A DNA stretch of 59,545 nt, filler included. It is 5 parts of 5 records of this genome, joined end to end, with 100 filler letters (N's around TTAATTAATTAA, not from the genome) between each part and the next. Parts side by side here need not be neighbours in the genome. Positions count along the whole stretch, not along the records: positions 1 to 14,868 come from SRR31156797_5254; 4 more parts are not named here. One strand, written 5' to 3'. Both the position numbers and the translations under genes were made by a program. Each line of letters opens with the position of its first letter. Position 1 is the first letter of the stretch. A model generated the notes under the pieces. It did no database searches and was not told the DNA's origin. It saw only the letters and a list, made by a program, of their open reading frames with translations. This document shows positions 1 to 10,562 of the stretch, piece by piece.

Positions 1-64
1 CAAGTGGTAAGACACCAGGTTTTGGTCCTGATATTCGGGGGTTCGAATCCTCCCGCCCCAGCCA
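1..64 (+). tRNA. tRNA-Gln(TTG), 5'-truncated by the window/contig start
   Basis: D-loop CAAGTGGTAAG, anticodon arm CCAGG-TTTTGGT-CCTGA (anticodon TTG), T-loop GGTTCGAATCC, 3' end GCCCCAGCCA; lies directly upstream of prs. Confidence 0.93.
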
Positions 65-97
65 CTTTTTTTTATAACCATAGAGGTAATTGTCATC

Positions 98-1039
98 ATG
101 CACGGTGAACTGAAGATCATCAGTGGGTCCGCAAGTCCGAAACTGGCCGACGCAATCTGTGAACATTTGGGAACCAAGGCTTCCCCGGTTCTGCGTGAGC
201 GTTTTTCAGACGGAGAAATCCGTATCGAAATCGGTGAGAACGTCCGCGGCGACGATGTGTTCGTAGTCCAACCCACCTGTTCCCCTGTCAACTTTCACCT
301 TATGGAACTCTGTCTTATGCTGGACGCACTCAAGCGTGCCAGCGCATCTCGTGTCACAGCAGTGGTGCCGTACTTTGGATACGCTCGTCAGGACCGCAAG
401 GTCGTGCCCCGCGCACCGATTTCCGCCAAAATGGTTGCTGACCTGCTTTCCACAGCAGGCATGCAACGCCTGGTAACCATTGACCTGCACGCCGGTCAGA
501 TTCAGGGCTTCTTCAACTGTCCGGTAGACAACCTGTTTGCCGCTCCAGCCCTGCTTGAACACCTGCGGGAACGCAATGATGAAGACTTTGTCATTATTTC
601 CCCCGATGCCGGTGGCGTAGAACGCGCCCGAGCCTATGCCAAACGCCTTGGCGCATCTCTGGCCATCGTGGACAAACGCCGCGATGCTCCGAATCAGGCC
701 AAGGCTATGCACATCATCGGTGATGTAAAAGACAAGGTCGCTGTGGTCATCGACGACATGATCGATACCGCAGGCACTATGTGTGCTGCGGCCAACGTTA
801 TCATGGAAAACGGTGCCAGAGACGTGTTGGCCTGTGCCACACACCCGGTTTTGTCCGGTCCGGCCATCAAACGACTGGAAGACTCCGCATTTTCCGAAGT
901 GGTTGTCACCGACACCATCCCGCTCAACGAAGAAGCCCGAGGCTGTGGCAAGATCAAACAGCGCTCCGTAGCTTCTCTGTTGGCAAAAGCCATTAATAAC
1001 GTACACACAGAATCGTCTGTGTCCGTACTCTTCGTATAA
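98..1039 (+). CDS. prs: ribose-phosphate pyrophosphokinase
   Basis: Motifs [50 protein letters not shown]. Confidence 0.98.
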   Translation: MHGELKIISGSASPKLADAICEHLGTKASPVLRERFSDGEIRIEIGENVRGDDVFVVQPTCSPVNFHLMELCLMLDALKRASASRVTAVVPYFGYARQDRKVVPRAPISAKMVADLLSTAGMQRLVTIDLHAGQIQGFFNCPVDNLFAAPALLEHLRERNDEDFVIISPDAGGVERARAYAKRLGASLAIVDKRRDAPNQAKAMHIIGDVKDKVAVVIDDMIDTAGTMCAAANVIMENGARDVLACATHPVLSGPAIKRLEDSAFSEVVVTDTIPLNEEARGCGKIKQRSVASLLAKAINNVHTESSVSVLFV

Positions 1040-1116
1040 GGGAATTATCCCACAAACCAATTGAAGCGCGAGCGTCCGTTCATAGTGAACGGCCAGGGCG
1101 TAACAGGAGAAACATC

Positions 1117-1758
1117 ATGGCTGACCTGCTGAAACTTAATGTTCAGGAACGCACAGAAATGGGCAAGGGCCCTAACCGCCGCCTCCGTACCACTGGTATG
1201 GTTCCCGGCATTTACTACGATGCCAAGGGTGCAAACATCCCCGTCAAAGTAGCAATGGTCCCCTTGCAGAAAGCATATGCCGCTCTGGGTAGCGCACAGG
1301 TCTTCGATCTGGTTCTGGAAAAAGAAGGCAAGACTGAAACCATTCCTTCTCTGTTGTGGCGCGTCCGCAACGAGCCGGTTAAAGGTGTTCCCGAGCACGT
1401 AGATTTCTTCGGCGTGGATCTGGACAACGAAATCAAGGTTTCCGTCCACTTCGAAATCATTGGAAACTCCAAGGGCGTCAAGCTCGGTGGTGTTATGGAG
1501 CTTTACCGCGACTCCATCGAAGTTGTGTGTAAACCTCTTGAAATCCCCAGTTCCATTGTCATTGATATCACTGAATTGGACATCATGGATTCCATCCACA
1601 TCGAGAACGTGGAATTCCCCGAAGGCGTCACTCCGGTATTTGATGAAAACTACGCCGTTGTTGCAGTCCAGCCTGCACGTGAGGAAGAAGAAGAGACTGA
1701 TGGCGACGAAGACGAAGCCATTGTCACCGAAGTCGTCGGCGAGGAAGACTCCGAATAA
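1117..1758 (+). CDS. rplY: 50S ribosomal protein L25/general stress protein Ctc
   Basis: GKGPNRRLR...VPGIYY, HVDF, acidic C-terminal tail; prs-rplY-pth synteny; AGGAG RBS. Confidence 0.96.
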   Translation: MADLLKLNVQERTEMGKGPNRRLRTTGMVPGIYYDAKGANIPVKVAMVPLQKAYAALGSAQVFDLVLEKEGKTETIPSLLWRVRNEPVKGVPEHVDFFGVDLDNEIKVSVHFEIIGNSKGVKLGGVMELYRDSIEVVCKPLEIPSSIVIDITELDIMDSIHIENVEFPEGVTPVFDENYAVVAVQPAREEEEETDGDEDEAIVTEVVGEEDSE

Positions 1759-1783
1759 CCTCGGCCTTCACAATACAAAGACT

Positions 1784-1819
1784 TCCCGGAGCGTGATCTC
1801 ACGCTCCGGGATTATTTTT
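1784..1819 (+). terminator. Rho-independent terminator after rplY
   Basis: Hairpin TCCCGGAGCGTGA-TC-TCACGCTCCGGGA followed by TTATTTTT. Confidence 0.75.
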
Positions 1820-1889
1820 GCCTCCACTCGACGAGCCTGATAGACTCCTGTCTGTCGTTGACTATATAAATTTCTGACACAACCCGATC

Positions 1890-2498
1890 ATGGATTATAA
1901 AAGCGCAATCATCGGTTTGGGCAACCCCGGCCCAAAGTACGAGAAAACCCGACACAACATCGGTTTTATGCTCGTAGATCATCTTTTGCGCCTTGGGGCA
2001 GACCGCAAGTCCATGCGTCTAGAGCAAATCGACGAATCCGGTGACTACGAATTGTGGCACGCCAAATTTGCCGGAGCGTATCGCCTGTTGGCCAAACCAA
2101 TGACCTTCATGAACCTCAGCGGCAAAGCCGTATCCAAGATCTGTGGTCGACATGGTCTCTCTCCGGAAAACGTCCTTATCGTTCACGATGAACTTGACCT
2201 TCCCGTTGGACGAATGAAATTAAAAAAAGGCGGCGGCAACAACGGCCACAACGGATTGGAATCGGTTCAGGAAAGACTTGGTACTTCCAATTTTTTTCGT
2301 CTCCGACTCGGCGTAGGTCGCCCAGAAGACAGATACAAACCGATTAGCGACTGGGTTCTGGAGCCGTTCCAAAAAGAAAATGTTGAATATCTTCCAGCAA
2401 TAATCACCCATGCAGCTAAAGGGTTAGACATATTCTACCGACGCGGTATGGGGTTTGCGACCCAACATATAAACTCTTTTTCTTTGAAGGAAGAGTAA
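1890..2498 (+). CDS. pth: peptidyl-tRNA hydrolase
   Basis: GLGNPG..Y..TRHNIGF, KPMTFMNLSG, VHDELDLP, GHNGL motifs. Confidence 0.97.
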   Translation: MDYKSAIIGLGNPGPKYEKTRHNIGFMLVDHLLRLGADRKSMRLEQIDESGDYELWHAKFAGAYRLLAKPMTFMNLSGKAVSKICGRHGLSPENVLIVHDELDLPVGRMKLKKGGGNNGHNGLESVQERLGTSNFFRLRLGVGRPEDRYKPISDWVLEPFQKENVEYLPAIITHAAKGLDIFYRRGMGFATQHINSFSLKEE

Positions 2499-2588
2499 AT
2501 ACAGTAACCGTGGACTCCTCCACGTATTTTCGATATGATGTCCTTCTGTCGTGTGTTTGTAAGCATTTTTCAAGGAGCTTAGGTCCCA

Positions 2589-3104
2589 GTGTTCAAGGTT
2601 AATGAATTGGTGGTGTACCCTTCTCAGGGAGTCGGACGCGTTGAGCGTATAGAATCTCAGGAGATCGGCGGCGTAAAGGCCGATTTTTACATAGTCCGCA
2701 TCCTGAGCAACAACGTGACCCTCATGGTTCCCGTGGCTAATGCCGAGAATGTTGGGCTCAGATCCGTATGCTGTAAGCGTCTGGGGCAAGAAATTTTCGA
2801 ATCCCTCAACGACCGAACTGGTTTTACCGGATACACGGGACAAAACTGGAACCGTCGCTACCGCGAATATTCTGAAAAACTAAAAAGCGGTGATCTGGCC
2901 GATGTGGCATATGTCCTCAAAGAGCTGTTTTTGATTGGCCGAGACAAAGAACTCTCTTTTGGAGAACGTCGTCTGCTGGAACAAGCCATGGGACTGGTGT
3001 CTATGGAACTGGCCTATTCTTTGGGTCGAGATCAAGAAGATATCAAAGAAGACATCAACGAGATGTTCGCCGATGTTATTGCAGCACAGGAGAAAGACGA
3101 CTAA
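2589..3104 (+). CDS. carD: CarD/CdnL-family RNA polymerase-binding regulator
   Basis: GTG start after AAGGAG; FKVNELVVYPSQGVGRV, LMVPV, NWNRRYREYSEKLKSG, LSFGERRLLEQA. Confidence 0.93.
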   Translation: MFKVNELVVYPSQGVGRVERIESQEIGGVKADFYIVRILSNNVTLMVPVANAENVGLRSVCCKRLGQEIFESLNDRTGFTGYTGQNWNRRYREYSEKLKSGDLADVAYVLKELFLIGRDKELSFGERRLLEQAMGLVSMELAYSLGRDQEDIKEDINEMFADVIAAQEKDD

Positions 3105-3385
3105 CGGGGCTTGTCAAGGTCAACCGTTTCATGTACGTCCTAAATCAGATGTCGCTTCGCGGCATAGCTATTTTCCCACTATCATTAAAGTTCCTTTGAA
3201 GACACAGAAGGCTGTTTGCGCAACTTCAACGTGAGGTATGCTTTATAGCATTACCATATAAGCCGACCGATTGAGCGACTTAATCCTAGCTCACAGACAG
3301 CCATCATCTCTACTTTTTCATATATTACAGCATGTTTAATAGATTCTTTTAATATTCATTCAACCTCAACACCAATTTTTCGATT

Positions 3386-4765
3386 ATGGCCAACACAAAA
3401 CCTGGCAATGATGGCAAAGGCAAAGGTTCCGCCCCAAAAAGAAGCCCCCGTGGCAGAAAGGCCGCGCCCAAATCCGACAAAAAAAAGAGCGGCAACGGTA
3501 ATGGTAACGGCGGTAGCCTCAACCTGACCGAGCTTAAGCTCAAATCCATGCAGGATTTGACCGAACTGTCCATGGAATTCGGTGTCGAGAATCCAAGCAC
3601 CATGCGCAAACAGGAATTAATATTCTCTCTGTTGCAGGAATGTGCTTCTCGAGACGGACAGATTTTCGGAGAAGGCGTCCTTGAAATTCTGCCTGACGGC
3701 TTCGGATTCCTGCGTTCTCCCATGTATAGCTATATGGCTGGACCGGACGACATTTACGTTTCGCCTTCCCAAATTCGCCGGTTTGGTCTCCGTAAAGGGG
3801 ACGTAGTTTCCGGTCAGATCCGACCACCCAAGGAAGGGGAACGATACTTTGCTTTACTCCGTGTTTCCGAAATTGGATTTGAAGACCCAAAGCATTCCAA
3901 AAACCTCGTTCTCTTTGACAACCTGACCCCCCTCTATCCCGAAGAACAGCTCAAGCTGGAAAACGGAGATAAAAATTATTCCGCACGCATTATTGATCTA
4001 CTGGCTCCTATCGGCAAAGGACAACGCGGTGTCATCGTGGCTCCGCCTCGCACCGGTAAGACCATCATGCTCCAGACCATCGCTAATTCCATCAATGCCA
4101 ACCATCCCGAAGTAGATCTCATTGTCCTGCTCATTGATGAAAGGCCCGAGGAAGTAACGGACATGCAACGGACGGTCAAAGCTGAAGTCGTTAGTTCCAC
4201 CTTTGACGAACCGCCGCAGCGCCACGTTCAGGTTGCTGACATGGTTATCGAAAAAGCCAAACGTCTGGTTGAACGAAAACGCGACGTGGTTATCCTTCTT
4301 GATTCCATCACCCGTCTGGGCCGTGCATATAATGCTGTGACCCCTTCCAGTGGACGCGTTCTTTCCGGTGGTATCGACGCCAATGCTCTGCAACGCCCCA
4401 AACGTTTCTTTGGTGCAGCCCGCAACATTGAAGAAGGTGGCTCACTGACCATCATATCCACCGCACTCATCGACACCGGTTCCCGTATGGATGAAGTCAT
4501 CTTTGAAGAATTCAAGGGCACCGGCAACATGGAATTGTATCTTGACCGCCATCTCTCCGACAAACGCGTATACCCCGCCATCGATATCAACCGTTCCGGC
4601 ACCCGCAAGGAAGAATTGCTGCTGGAAGATGATGTGCTCAACCGCGTCTGGATTCTCAGAAAACTTCTCTCCCCCATGAATTCCATCGACTCCATGGAAT
4701 TCCTGCGCGGCAAGATGAAGAACACCAAAAACAACCGTGACTTCCTGGATTCAATGGCAAGGTAA
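3386..4765 (+). CDS. rho: transcription termination factor Rho with a basic N-terminal extension
   Basis: [55 protein letters not shown]. Confidence 0.99.
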   Translation: MANTKPGNDGKGKGSAPKRSPRGRKAAPKSDKKKSGNGNGNGGSLNLTELKLKSMQDLTELSMEFGVENPSTMRKQELIFSLLQECASRDGQIFGEGVLEILPDGFGFLRSPMYSYMAGPDDIYVSPSQIRRFGLRKGDVVSGQIRPPKEGERYFALLRVSEIGFEDPKHSKNLVLFDNLTPLYPEEQLKLENGDKNYSARIIDLLAPIGKGQRGVIVAPPRTGKTIMLQTIANSINANHPEVDLIVLLIDERPEEVTDMQRTVKAEVVSSTFDEPPQRHVQVADMVIEKAKRLVERKRDVVILLDSITRLGRAYNAVTPSSGRVLSGGIDANALQRPKRFFGAARNIEEGGSLTIISTALIDTGSRMDEVIFEEFKGTGNMELYLDRHLSDKRVYPAIDINRSGTRKEELLLEDDVLNRVWILRKLLSPMNSIDSMEFLRGKMKNTKNNRDFLDSMAR

Positions 4766-4785
4766 GCCACAGATAATGACATTAC

Positions 4786-4820
4786 AAAGGCGCGACCACC
4801 TGTGGCCGCGCCTTTTTTTT
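4786..4820 (+). terminator. Rho-independent terminator after rho
   Basis: AAAGGCGCGACCAC-CT-GTGGCCGCGCC followed by a T8 tract. Confidence 0.8.
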
Positions 4821-4866
4821 CGCTCACGTTGCACATAGTTGCGTTGGCTCTTCAAATGATTACAAT

Positions 4867-6336
4867 ATGTCAAACACAACAGACGGAAGGACTATGATAC
4901 GACGCCTGCTCGCTCCATTGCCCGCTTTTTTTGCGGCTTTACTTTTGATTTTCACCCCTCTGGGCAACGCCCACGCCAACTCACTGTTGGGCGACAAATT
5001 GACCCTGCGCGATGAAAATAAAATGGGGCGTGAATTCGATCAGGTAATCCGCAGCCAGATGGGCATGGTGGGCGATACGTATATCACTGATTTTGTTGCA
5101 GATGTCGTCGAACGCATTGTTGAAGGGAAGCGTCCTATGCCCTTCAAGGTCAAAAGTGCAGTCATTGCCAATCCTCTGATGAATGCCTTCGCTATTCCTG
5201 GCGGTTTCATCTATATTTTCACAGGGTTGATTCAAGAAGTGACGTCCGAATGCCAACTGGCCGGCGTTGTCTCGCACGAACTCGCACACGTATCCCAACG
5301 CCATGTGGTCCATCGCATCGAAAAGCAGAAAAAAATCGGATTGCTTTCAACGGTTGGAGTCCTCACTGGACTTCTGCTCGGCATAGCTTCCGGTAGCGGT
5401 GACGGCGCAGCCGTTGGAACCGCTCTTGCCATGGGCAGTTCCGGAGCCGCCACACAAGCCATGCTCAACTACTCACGAGAAGATGAAAACGAAGCTGACC
5501 ACGTAGGCCTCAATGCGTTAGTCAAAGCAGGGTATAATCCTCAAGGCATGCCACAGATGTTCGAAATCATGCAAAAGAACAGATGGTTTGACTCTGGTTC
5601 GCAAATGCCCGCCTACCTATCTACTCACCCCGGAACAGCTGATCGTATCACCTATTTGAATGACCGCATTGCCCGAATGCCCAAAGAATTTTCTCAACGC
5701 ACCGACGATAATACACGGTTACACAGGGTTCAGGTTCTAGTTCGCGCCAAAATGTCACCAGCCAATACAGCCTTGGCCTATTGGAATGATAAAAAAGCCA
5801 GCGGATTGACTCCCATGGAACATGCCGGACGCGGGATTGCCCTTACTCGACTAAAAAAAATGGACGAAGCCGAAAAGGCATACGAAATCGCGCTTGAGCA
5901 AGACGGTAACGATCCGCTCATATCCCGGGAAGCAGGCATTTTCTATTTCAAGACAGGCCGTGCACAAAAGGCATTCACCCTGCTGCAAAAAGCGACTATC
6001 CAAAATTCAAGGGATGCCATAGGGCTATTCTATCTTGCACGACTCCAAAGCGAGGCCAAACAATATCGGCAAGCTATTGCCAATATGAAAAAAGTCGAAA
6101 AGCTGGTTCCCGAAGACTGGGAAGTCCATCATCATCTCGGAATGATCCTTGGTGAATCAGGAGATACTTTCGGCGGAAATCTCCACCTTGCATACGCTGG
6201 TGTGTATTCCATGAATCTTCGCAAAGCCACCTCACATGCACAAAAAGCAAAGGCTCTCGCCAAGACAGACGCACAAGAGGAAGAAATAAAAAAACTGGAT
6301 GCAGTAATTGAGGAACGGGCCAAGCTCAAAAAGTAG
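4867..6336 (+). CDS. M48-family Zn metalloprotease with TPR repeats (BepA/YfgC-like), exported; start may be 4894
   Basis: Signal peptide; NAFAIPGG, HELAH, YSREDENEAD, YLSTHP; C-terminal TPR-like helices. Confidence 0.92.
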   Translation: MSNTTDGRTMIRRLLAPLPAFFAALLLIFTPLGNAHANSLLGDKLTLRDENKMGREFDQVIRSQMGMVGDTYITDFVADVVERIVEGKRPMPFKVKSAVIANPLMNAFAIPGGFIYIFTGLIQEVTSECQLAGVVSHELAHVSQRHVVHRIEKQKKIGLLSTVGVLTGLLLGIASGSGDGAAVGTALAMGSSGAATQAMLNYSREDENEADHVGLNALVKAGYNPQGMPQMFEIMQKNRWFDSGSQMPAYLSTHPGTADRITYLNDRIARMPKEFSQRTDDNTRLHRVQVLVRAKMSPANTALAYWNDKKASGLTPMEHAGRGIALTRLKKMDEAEKAYEIALEQDGNDPLISREAGIFYFKTGRAQKAFTLLQKATIQNSRDAIGLFYLARLQSEAKQYRQAIANMKKVEKLVPEDWEVHHHLGMILGESGDTFGGNLHLAYAGVYSMNLRKATSHAQKAKALAKTDAQEEEIKKLDAVIEERAKLKK

Positions 6337-6403
6337 GCAAGCCTTGTGAACCGGACCTTTTTGGCGTAGGTTGCTTTTTTTTCAAACAGGGACATTGAAT
6401 ATC

Positions 6404-7381
6404 ATGATCGTCGCAAGGACCATAGAGGAACTTCAGGACGTTGTCGGAGAGTCATGCGTGACTATCGGAAATTTCGACGGCGTTCACAGAGGTCACCAAA
6501 AACTCATCGAATTGGCATGTTTGCGTGCCAAATCACAAGGCCTCGTCAGCGTGGTCGTCACTTTTGACCCCCACCCATTACGGGTTCTGCGGGATGACAA
6601 AACTCCCCCCTTCATTACGTTGACCGAACAAAAGCTGGAACTCATCTCCCAACATGGCCCACAAGTTTGTCTGCTCTTGGAATTCTCCATGGAAATGGCC
6701 AAACTCTCACCCGAGGAATTCGTCAAAAAATACCTCGTAGATGGTCTGGGCATGAAGGAAATGATCATCGGGTATGATTATCATCTGGGTAAAGCAAGAG
6801 CCGGTAATTTTGAAATCCTGACAAACCTTGGTGAGAAACACGGTTTCTCCGTAGACCGTCTTGATCCGGTTTCCATCGATAATGCCGTGGTCAGTTCAAC
6901 CCGTATTCGCGATTTGGTCCAAGCCGGAACAGTCTGGCCTGCACGACCGCTGCTCGGCCGTTTTTATCAGATCAAAGGTGAAGTTGTGCACGGCATGAAT
7001 CGGGGTGGCAAGCTGCTCGGATTTCCGACTGCAAACCTCAAACTAGTCGATGAACTTTTCCCCAAACCCGGCGTCTACGCGATCTGGGTTGAAGTTGACA
7101 ACGTCGTCCACATGGGCGTGGCAAATATAGGGAAAAACCCGACTTTCGGAAATGATGCGCTGTCCGTGGAAGCACATATTCTCGACTTTTCGGGCGATAT
7201 ATATGGATCAGATATCCGCATACATTTTGTACAACGTATTCGTGACGAAAAGAAATTCAACGGAATAGATGAACTAAAAGACCGCATAGCCAAAGATATT
7301 GATCTGGGTCGCCAGCTCTTGTCCCAACCTGAAGCGGCCATCAAACTGACCCGACCCGACCTGGGCCGTACCAACGGATAA
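6404..7381 (+). CDS. ribF: bifunctional riboflavin kinase/FAD synthetase
   Basis: TIGNFDGVHRGH, TFDPHP, VSSTRIR, LGFPTAN, EAHILDF; ATG at 6404 preferred over the TTG at 6371. Confidence 0.97.
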   Translation: MIVARTIEELQDVVGESCVTIGNFDGVHRGHQKLIELACLRAKSQGLVSVVVTFDPHPLRVLRDDKTPPFITLTEQKLELISQHGPQVCLLLEFSMEMAKLSPEEFVKKYLVDGLGMKEMIIGYDYHLGKARAGNFEILTNLGEKHGFSVDRLDPVSIDNAVVSSTRIRDLVQAGTVWPARPLLGRFYQIKGEVVHGMNRGGKLLGFPTANLKLVDELFPKPGVYAIWVEVDNVVHMGVANIGKNPTFGNDALSVEAHILDFSGDIYGSDIRIHFVQRIRDEKKFNGIDELKDRIAKDIDLGRQLLSQPEAAIKLTRPDLGRTNG

Positions 7382-7383
7382 CC

Positions 7384-9246
7384 ATGTCTCTGCAAGTGAT
7401 AACCAAAATGATCAATTACTGGACTGATTTCGTTAAGTCCTACCGCATGGTCACCTCTTTCAGATGGCTGACTATCGGCGTATTGGTCGGCGTCATGTCC
7501 GGTCTCGTAGCTGTAGGATTTTTCTGGCTCGTCGAACTCGGCAAATTTATCATTCAAAATAATCTGGCAGGTATCGCCGCAGTGGAACCTGCCGGTGAAG
7601 GCATTTTCCACGGACATACAGGAGAGTTCCGCCCTTGGGTTATTCCTGTTTTTACCACCGGAACCGCCCTTCTTACGGGCTGGCTTGTGCAACGATTCAT
7701 CCCGGAAACCATGGATGGCGGAACAGATGGTACAGACGCCACCATCAACGCTTTCCATAACCATGGCGGGATCATTAAGGCTCGTGTAGCCATCATTAAA
7801 GGTCTGTGTTCTGTCCTGACCATCGCTTCAGGTGGTTCCGCAGGCCGCGAAGGCCCCATCACGCAGATGGGCGCAGGCGTAGGCGCATGGCTCGCCAAAA
7901 TTTTCAATCTTTCGGCCAAGGAACGCCGGTTACTTCTGCTTTCAGGAGCAGCTGGTGGTCTCGGAGCCATTTTCCGCGCCCCTCTTGGTGGCGCACTCAC
8001 AGCCGTAGAAGTCATTTACCGCGAAGACTTCGAGGCCGAAGCGATCTTGCCTTCGGTCATGAGTTCCGTAGTCTCCTATTCGATTTTCACGTTTTTCTAC
8101 GGCACGGAACCTATTTTTGGTATCCCACGTTTTTCTTTTCATGACCCGCGGGAACTCATCTTTTATGCCCTGCTTGCCTTTGTCTGCGCCGCAGTTGGCT
8201 GGATGTATATCAAGACTTTCTACGTCATCAAATACCACATCTTTTTTCCACTTCGAGAAAAAATCGGTATCATCTGGTCCATGGGTTTAGGTGGTCTCGC
8301 CATGGGTTTGCTCGGCATAGCCTACCCGTATACAGCAACTGAAGGTCTGGTCACAGGTGGCATCCTGTCCGGTGGATACGGTTGGTTGGAGCTCGCCATT
8401 CTCGGTCAAATTCCAGCCCTTGGTATGTGTTATATCATCATCGGTAAAACCGTTGCCACATCCATTACCATCGGCTCCGGCATGTCCGGCGGCATGTTTG
8501 CACCGGCCTTGTTCGTTGGAGGTATGTCCGGTGGACTTGTGGGCAAGGTAGGGCATCACTATTTCCCTGATATCGTCACCCAACCCGGTGCTTATATACT
8601 CGTTGGTATGGCTGCATTCTTCGCAGGAGTGGCCAACGCACCTATCGGACCGCTCATCATGGTCACGGAGTTGACTCAAGGCTACGGCCTGCTCGCTCCG
8701 CTCATGCTGGCGTCAGCTCTATGCATCGTACTTGGTCGCAACTACTCACTCTATGAACATCAGGTAGAAAATAAATTCGACTCGCCGGCTCATGCCGAAG
8801 ACGCGACTATCAATGTACTGGAACAAATGCATGTCTCGGATTTCTATGATCCCGGCGATGTGATCGTTCTGGAAGAAGGCACCACGCTTAAAGCGATGAC
8901 GGACATTATAGCCAACTCGGACCAACTATACTTCCCGGTACGTCGAGCAGACGGCGGTGAGTATTGCGGCATGATCTCCATCCATAACGTCCGCAACTGG
9001 ATGTTTGAAGAGGAATTACACGATCTGGTGGTAGTCCGCGATCTCATGTCGCGACCTGTTTACGTCCGGCCTGATTACGACCTATATCAAGCCTTGCTCC
9101 GATTCGTGAATACCGACTACGGACAAATTCCGGTGGTAGCTAAAACCAGTACCAGTGAAATTCTCGGATTAATCAATCGGGATGACGTGTTCCAGGCCTA
9201 CGCAGAAGCCATTGCAGAAATAAAAAGCGAAGCAGAAAGCGACTAA
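7384..9246 (+). CDS. ClC-family chloride channel/transporter with C-terminal CBS pair
   Basis: GGSAGREGP, GAIFRAPLGGA, SGGMFAP, many TM helices, CBS-like C-terminus. Confidence 0.93.
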   Translation: MSLQVITKMINYWTDFVKSYRMVTSFRWLTIGVLVGVMSGLVAVGFFWLVELGKFIIQNNLAGIAAVEPAGEGIFHGHTGEFRPWVIPVFTTGTALLTGWLVQRFIPETMDGGTDGTDATINAFHNHGGIIKARVAIIKGLCSVLTIASGGSAGREGPITQMGAGVGAWLAKIFNLSAKERRLLLLSGAAGGLGAIFRAPLGGALTAVEVIYREDFEAEAILPSVMSSVVSYSIFTFFYGTEPIFGIPRFSFHDPRELIFYALLAFVCAAVGWMYIKTFYVIKYHIFFPLREKIGIIWSMGLGGLAMGLLGIAYPYTATEGLVTGGILSGGYGWLELAILGQIPALGMCYIIIGKTVATSITIGSGMSGGMFAPALFVGGMSGGLVGKVGHHYFPDIVTQPGAYILVGMAAFFAGVANAPIGPLIMVTELTQGYGLLAPLMLASALCIVLGRNYSLYEHQVENKFDSPAHAEDATINVLEQMHVSDFYDPGDVIVLEEGTTLKAMTDIIANSDQLYFPVRRADGGEYCGMISIHNVRNWMFEEELHDLVVVRDLMSRPVYVRPDYDLYQALLRFVNTDYGQIPVVAKTSTSEILGLINRDDVFQAYAEAIAEIKSEAESD

Positions 9247-10424
9247 TCCGACTCAGTCCCTGACACAAAAACGACGGTCACTGACACGCCCTCATTCGGC
9301 AGCGACTCCACAAAGAGTTCGCCGCCCAGTTCATCGTGCAAAATACGATTCGCACGAGTCAATCCAAGCCCCACACCGGATGCCTTTGTCGTAAAAAAAG
9401 GATCGGTGGCAAATGCCAGATTCTCATCAGGGATACCGGGGCCATTGTCGGTGATACGAAGTCCATATCTTTTGTCTGCAGCATAAAACCGTTTCGTGGC
9501 CGTCATCTCGTGGGGAAAGACATCCGGCCCACCCAAAATCGACAGAACAACCGTGCTCCCTTCAGAAAACTCAATCGCATTCTGCATGATTTCAGTCAAA
9601 GCCAACACAGCCAACTCCGCATCGACCAAAACTTCACTGTCCGCCAACTCTATCGTGCAATCCAAATCCTTCTCAAGATCAACCGCAATTGTACGAACTC
9701 GCTTCACGGCGTCTTCCACTATCGTTCGTACCGAACTGCACTCCGCTTTTCCTACCGTCAACGAGACATAATCACTGATGACGCCCACCAAATGCTCCAA
9801 CCGCAAACTATTCTCACGAACTGCAACAGCATATTCAGACAACGGGCTGTTTGAAGGAACTTTTTTGAGCAACAATCCAGACATGCCGCCAAGAGCCATA
9901 ACCGGATTGCGTATCTGATGGGCCATGGCATTGGCGAAATTATTCAGTCCCTCCACCCGCTCGACCTGAGCACGAACCACTTCAGCAGTTCGCTCCTTAA
10001 CTCGCTGTTCAAGAACATCATTCTGACGCATCAGGACGCGCCTCGCATGAATCAATTGCAAATGAGCACGAACACGCGCCATAACAACAGGTGGACTTAT
10101 GGGCTTGGTAATATAATCAACAGCTCCGAGGTCAAACCCCTTGGCTTCCTTGTCTGCATCGTTTAACGCCGTAACAAAAATGACCGGAATATCACGTGTT
10201 GCTCGACCTTCTTTTAATCGGCGACACACCTCATACCCATCCATACCAGGCATCATGACATCCAGTAGGACAAGATCTGGGGGGGATTCTCCCCGAGCAC
10301 GCTCCAAGGCCGCTTCGCCGCTTGTTGCTGCCATCAGATCATACGTCGACTGCAGAGCTTCAACCATTATGTCGATGTTCTCTGGTTGATCGTCAACAAT
10401 GAGTATTTTTTCACGGGGAGACAT
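9243..10424 (-). CDS. hybrid response regulator/histidine kinase (REC-HisKA-HATPase)
   Basis: KILIVDD, DLVLLDVMMPGMDG, DYITKP; AHQIRNP H-box; DNGPGI, PFFTTK, GVGLGL; start placed at MSPREK (10424). Confidence 0.9.
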   Translation of the reverse strand: MSPREKILIVDDQPENIDIMVEALQSTYDLMAATSGEAALERARGESPPDLVLLDVMMPGMDGYEVCRRLKEGRATRDIPVIFVTALNDADKEAKGFDLGAVDYITKPISPPVVMARVRAHLQLIHARRVLMRQNDVLEQRVKERTAEVVRAQVERVEGLNNFANAMAHQIRNPVMALGGMSGLLLKKVPSNSPLSEYAVAVRENSLRLEHLVGVISDYVSLTVGKAECSSVRTIVEDAVKRVRTIAVDLEKDLDCTIELADSEVLVDAELAVLALTEIMQNAIEFSEGSTVVLSILGGPDVFPHEMTATKRFYAADKRYGLRITDNGPGIPDENLAFATDPFFTTKASGVGLGLTRANRILHDELGGELFVESLPNEGVSVTVVFVSGTESD

Positions 10425-10562
10425 ACATATACCCATACCATGCCTTTTGATGAGCTGAAAGCTCTTCGATGTGACAAATATCCAACAGATTAAAAAGAAC
10501 ACCGGACAATCCGCATGAACGGCCTTGCCTTTGCCGCTGACGGTCTTATCTTTCGAACTATC

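Noticed and set aside
1076-1092. Hairpin CCGTTCA-TAG-TGAACGG upstream of rplY as a possible L25 autoregulatory leader
   Set aside because: A 7-bp stem alone is insufficient without comparative support.
2935-3234. 99-aa ORF overlapping the carD 3' end and the rho leader
   Set aside because: Out-of-frame overlap with carD, no RBS or recognisable motif.
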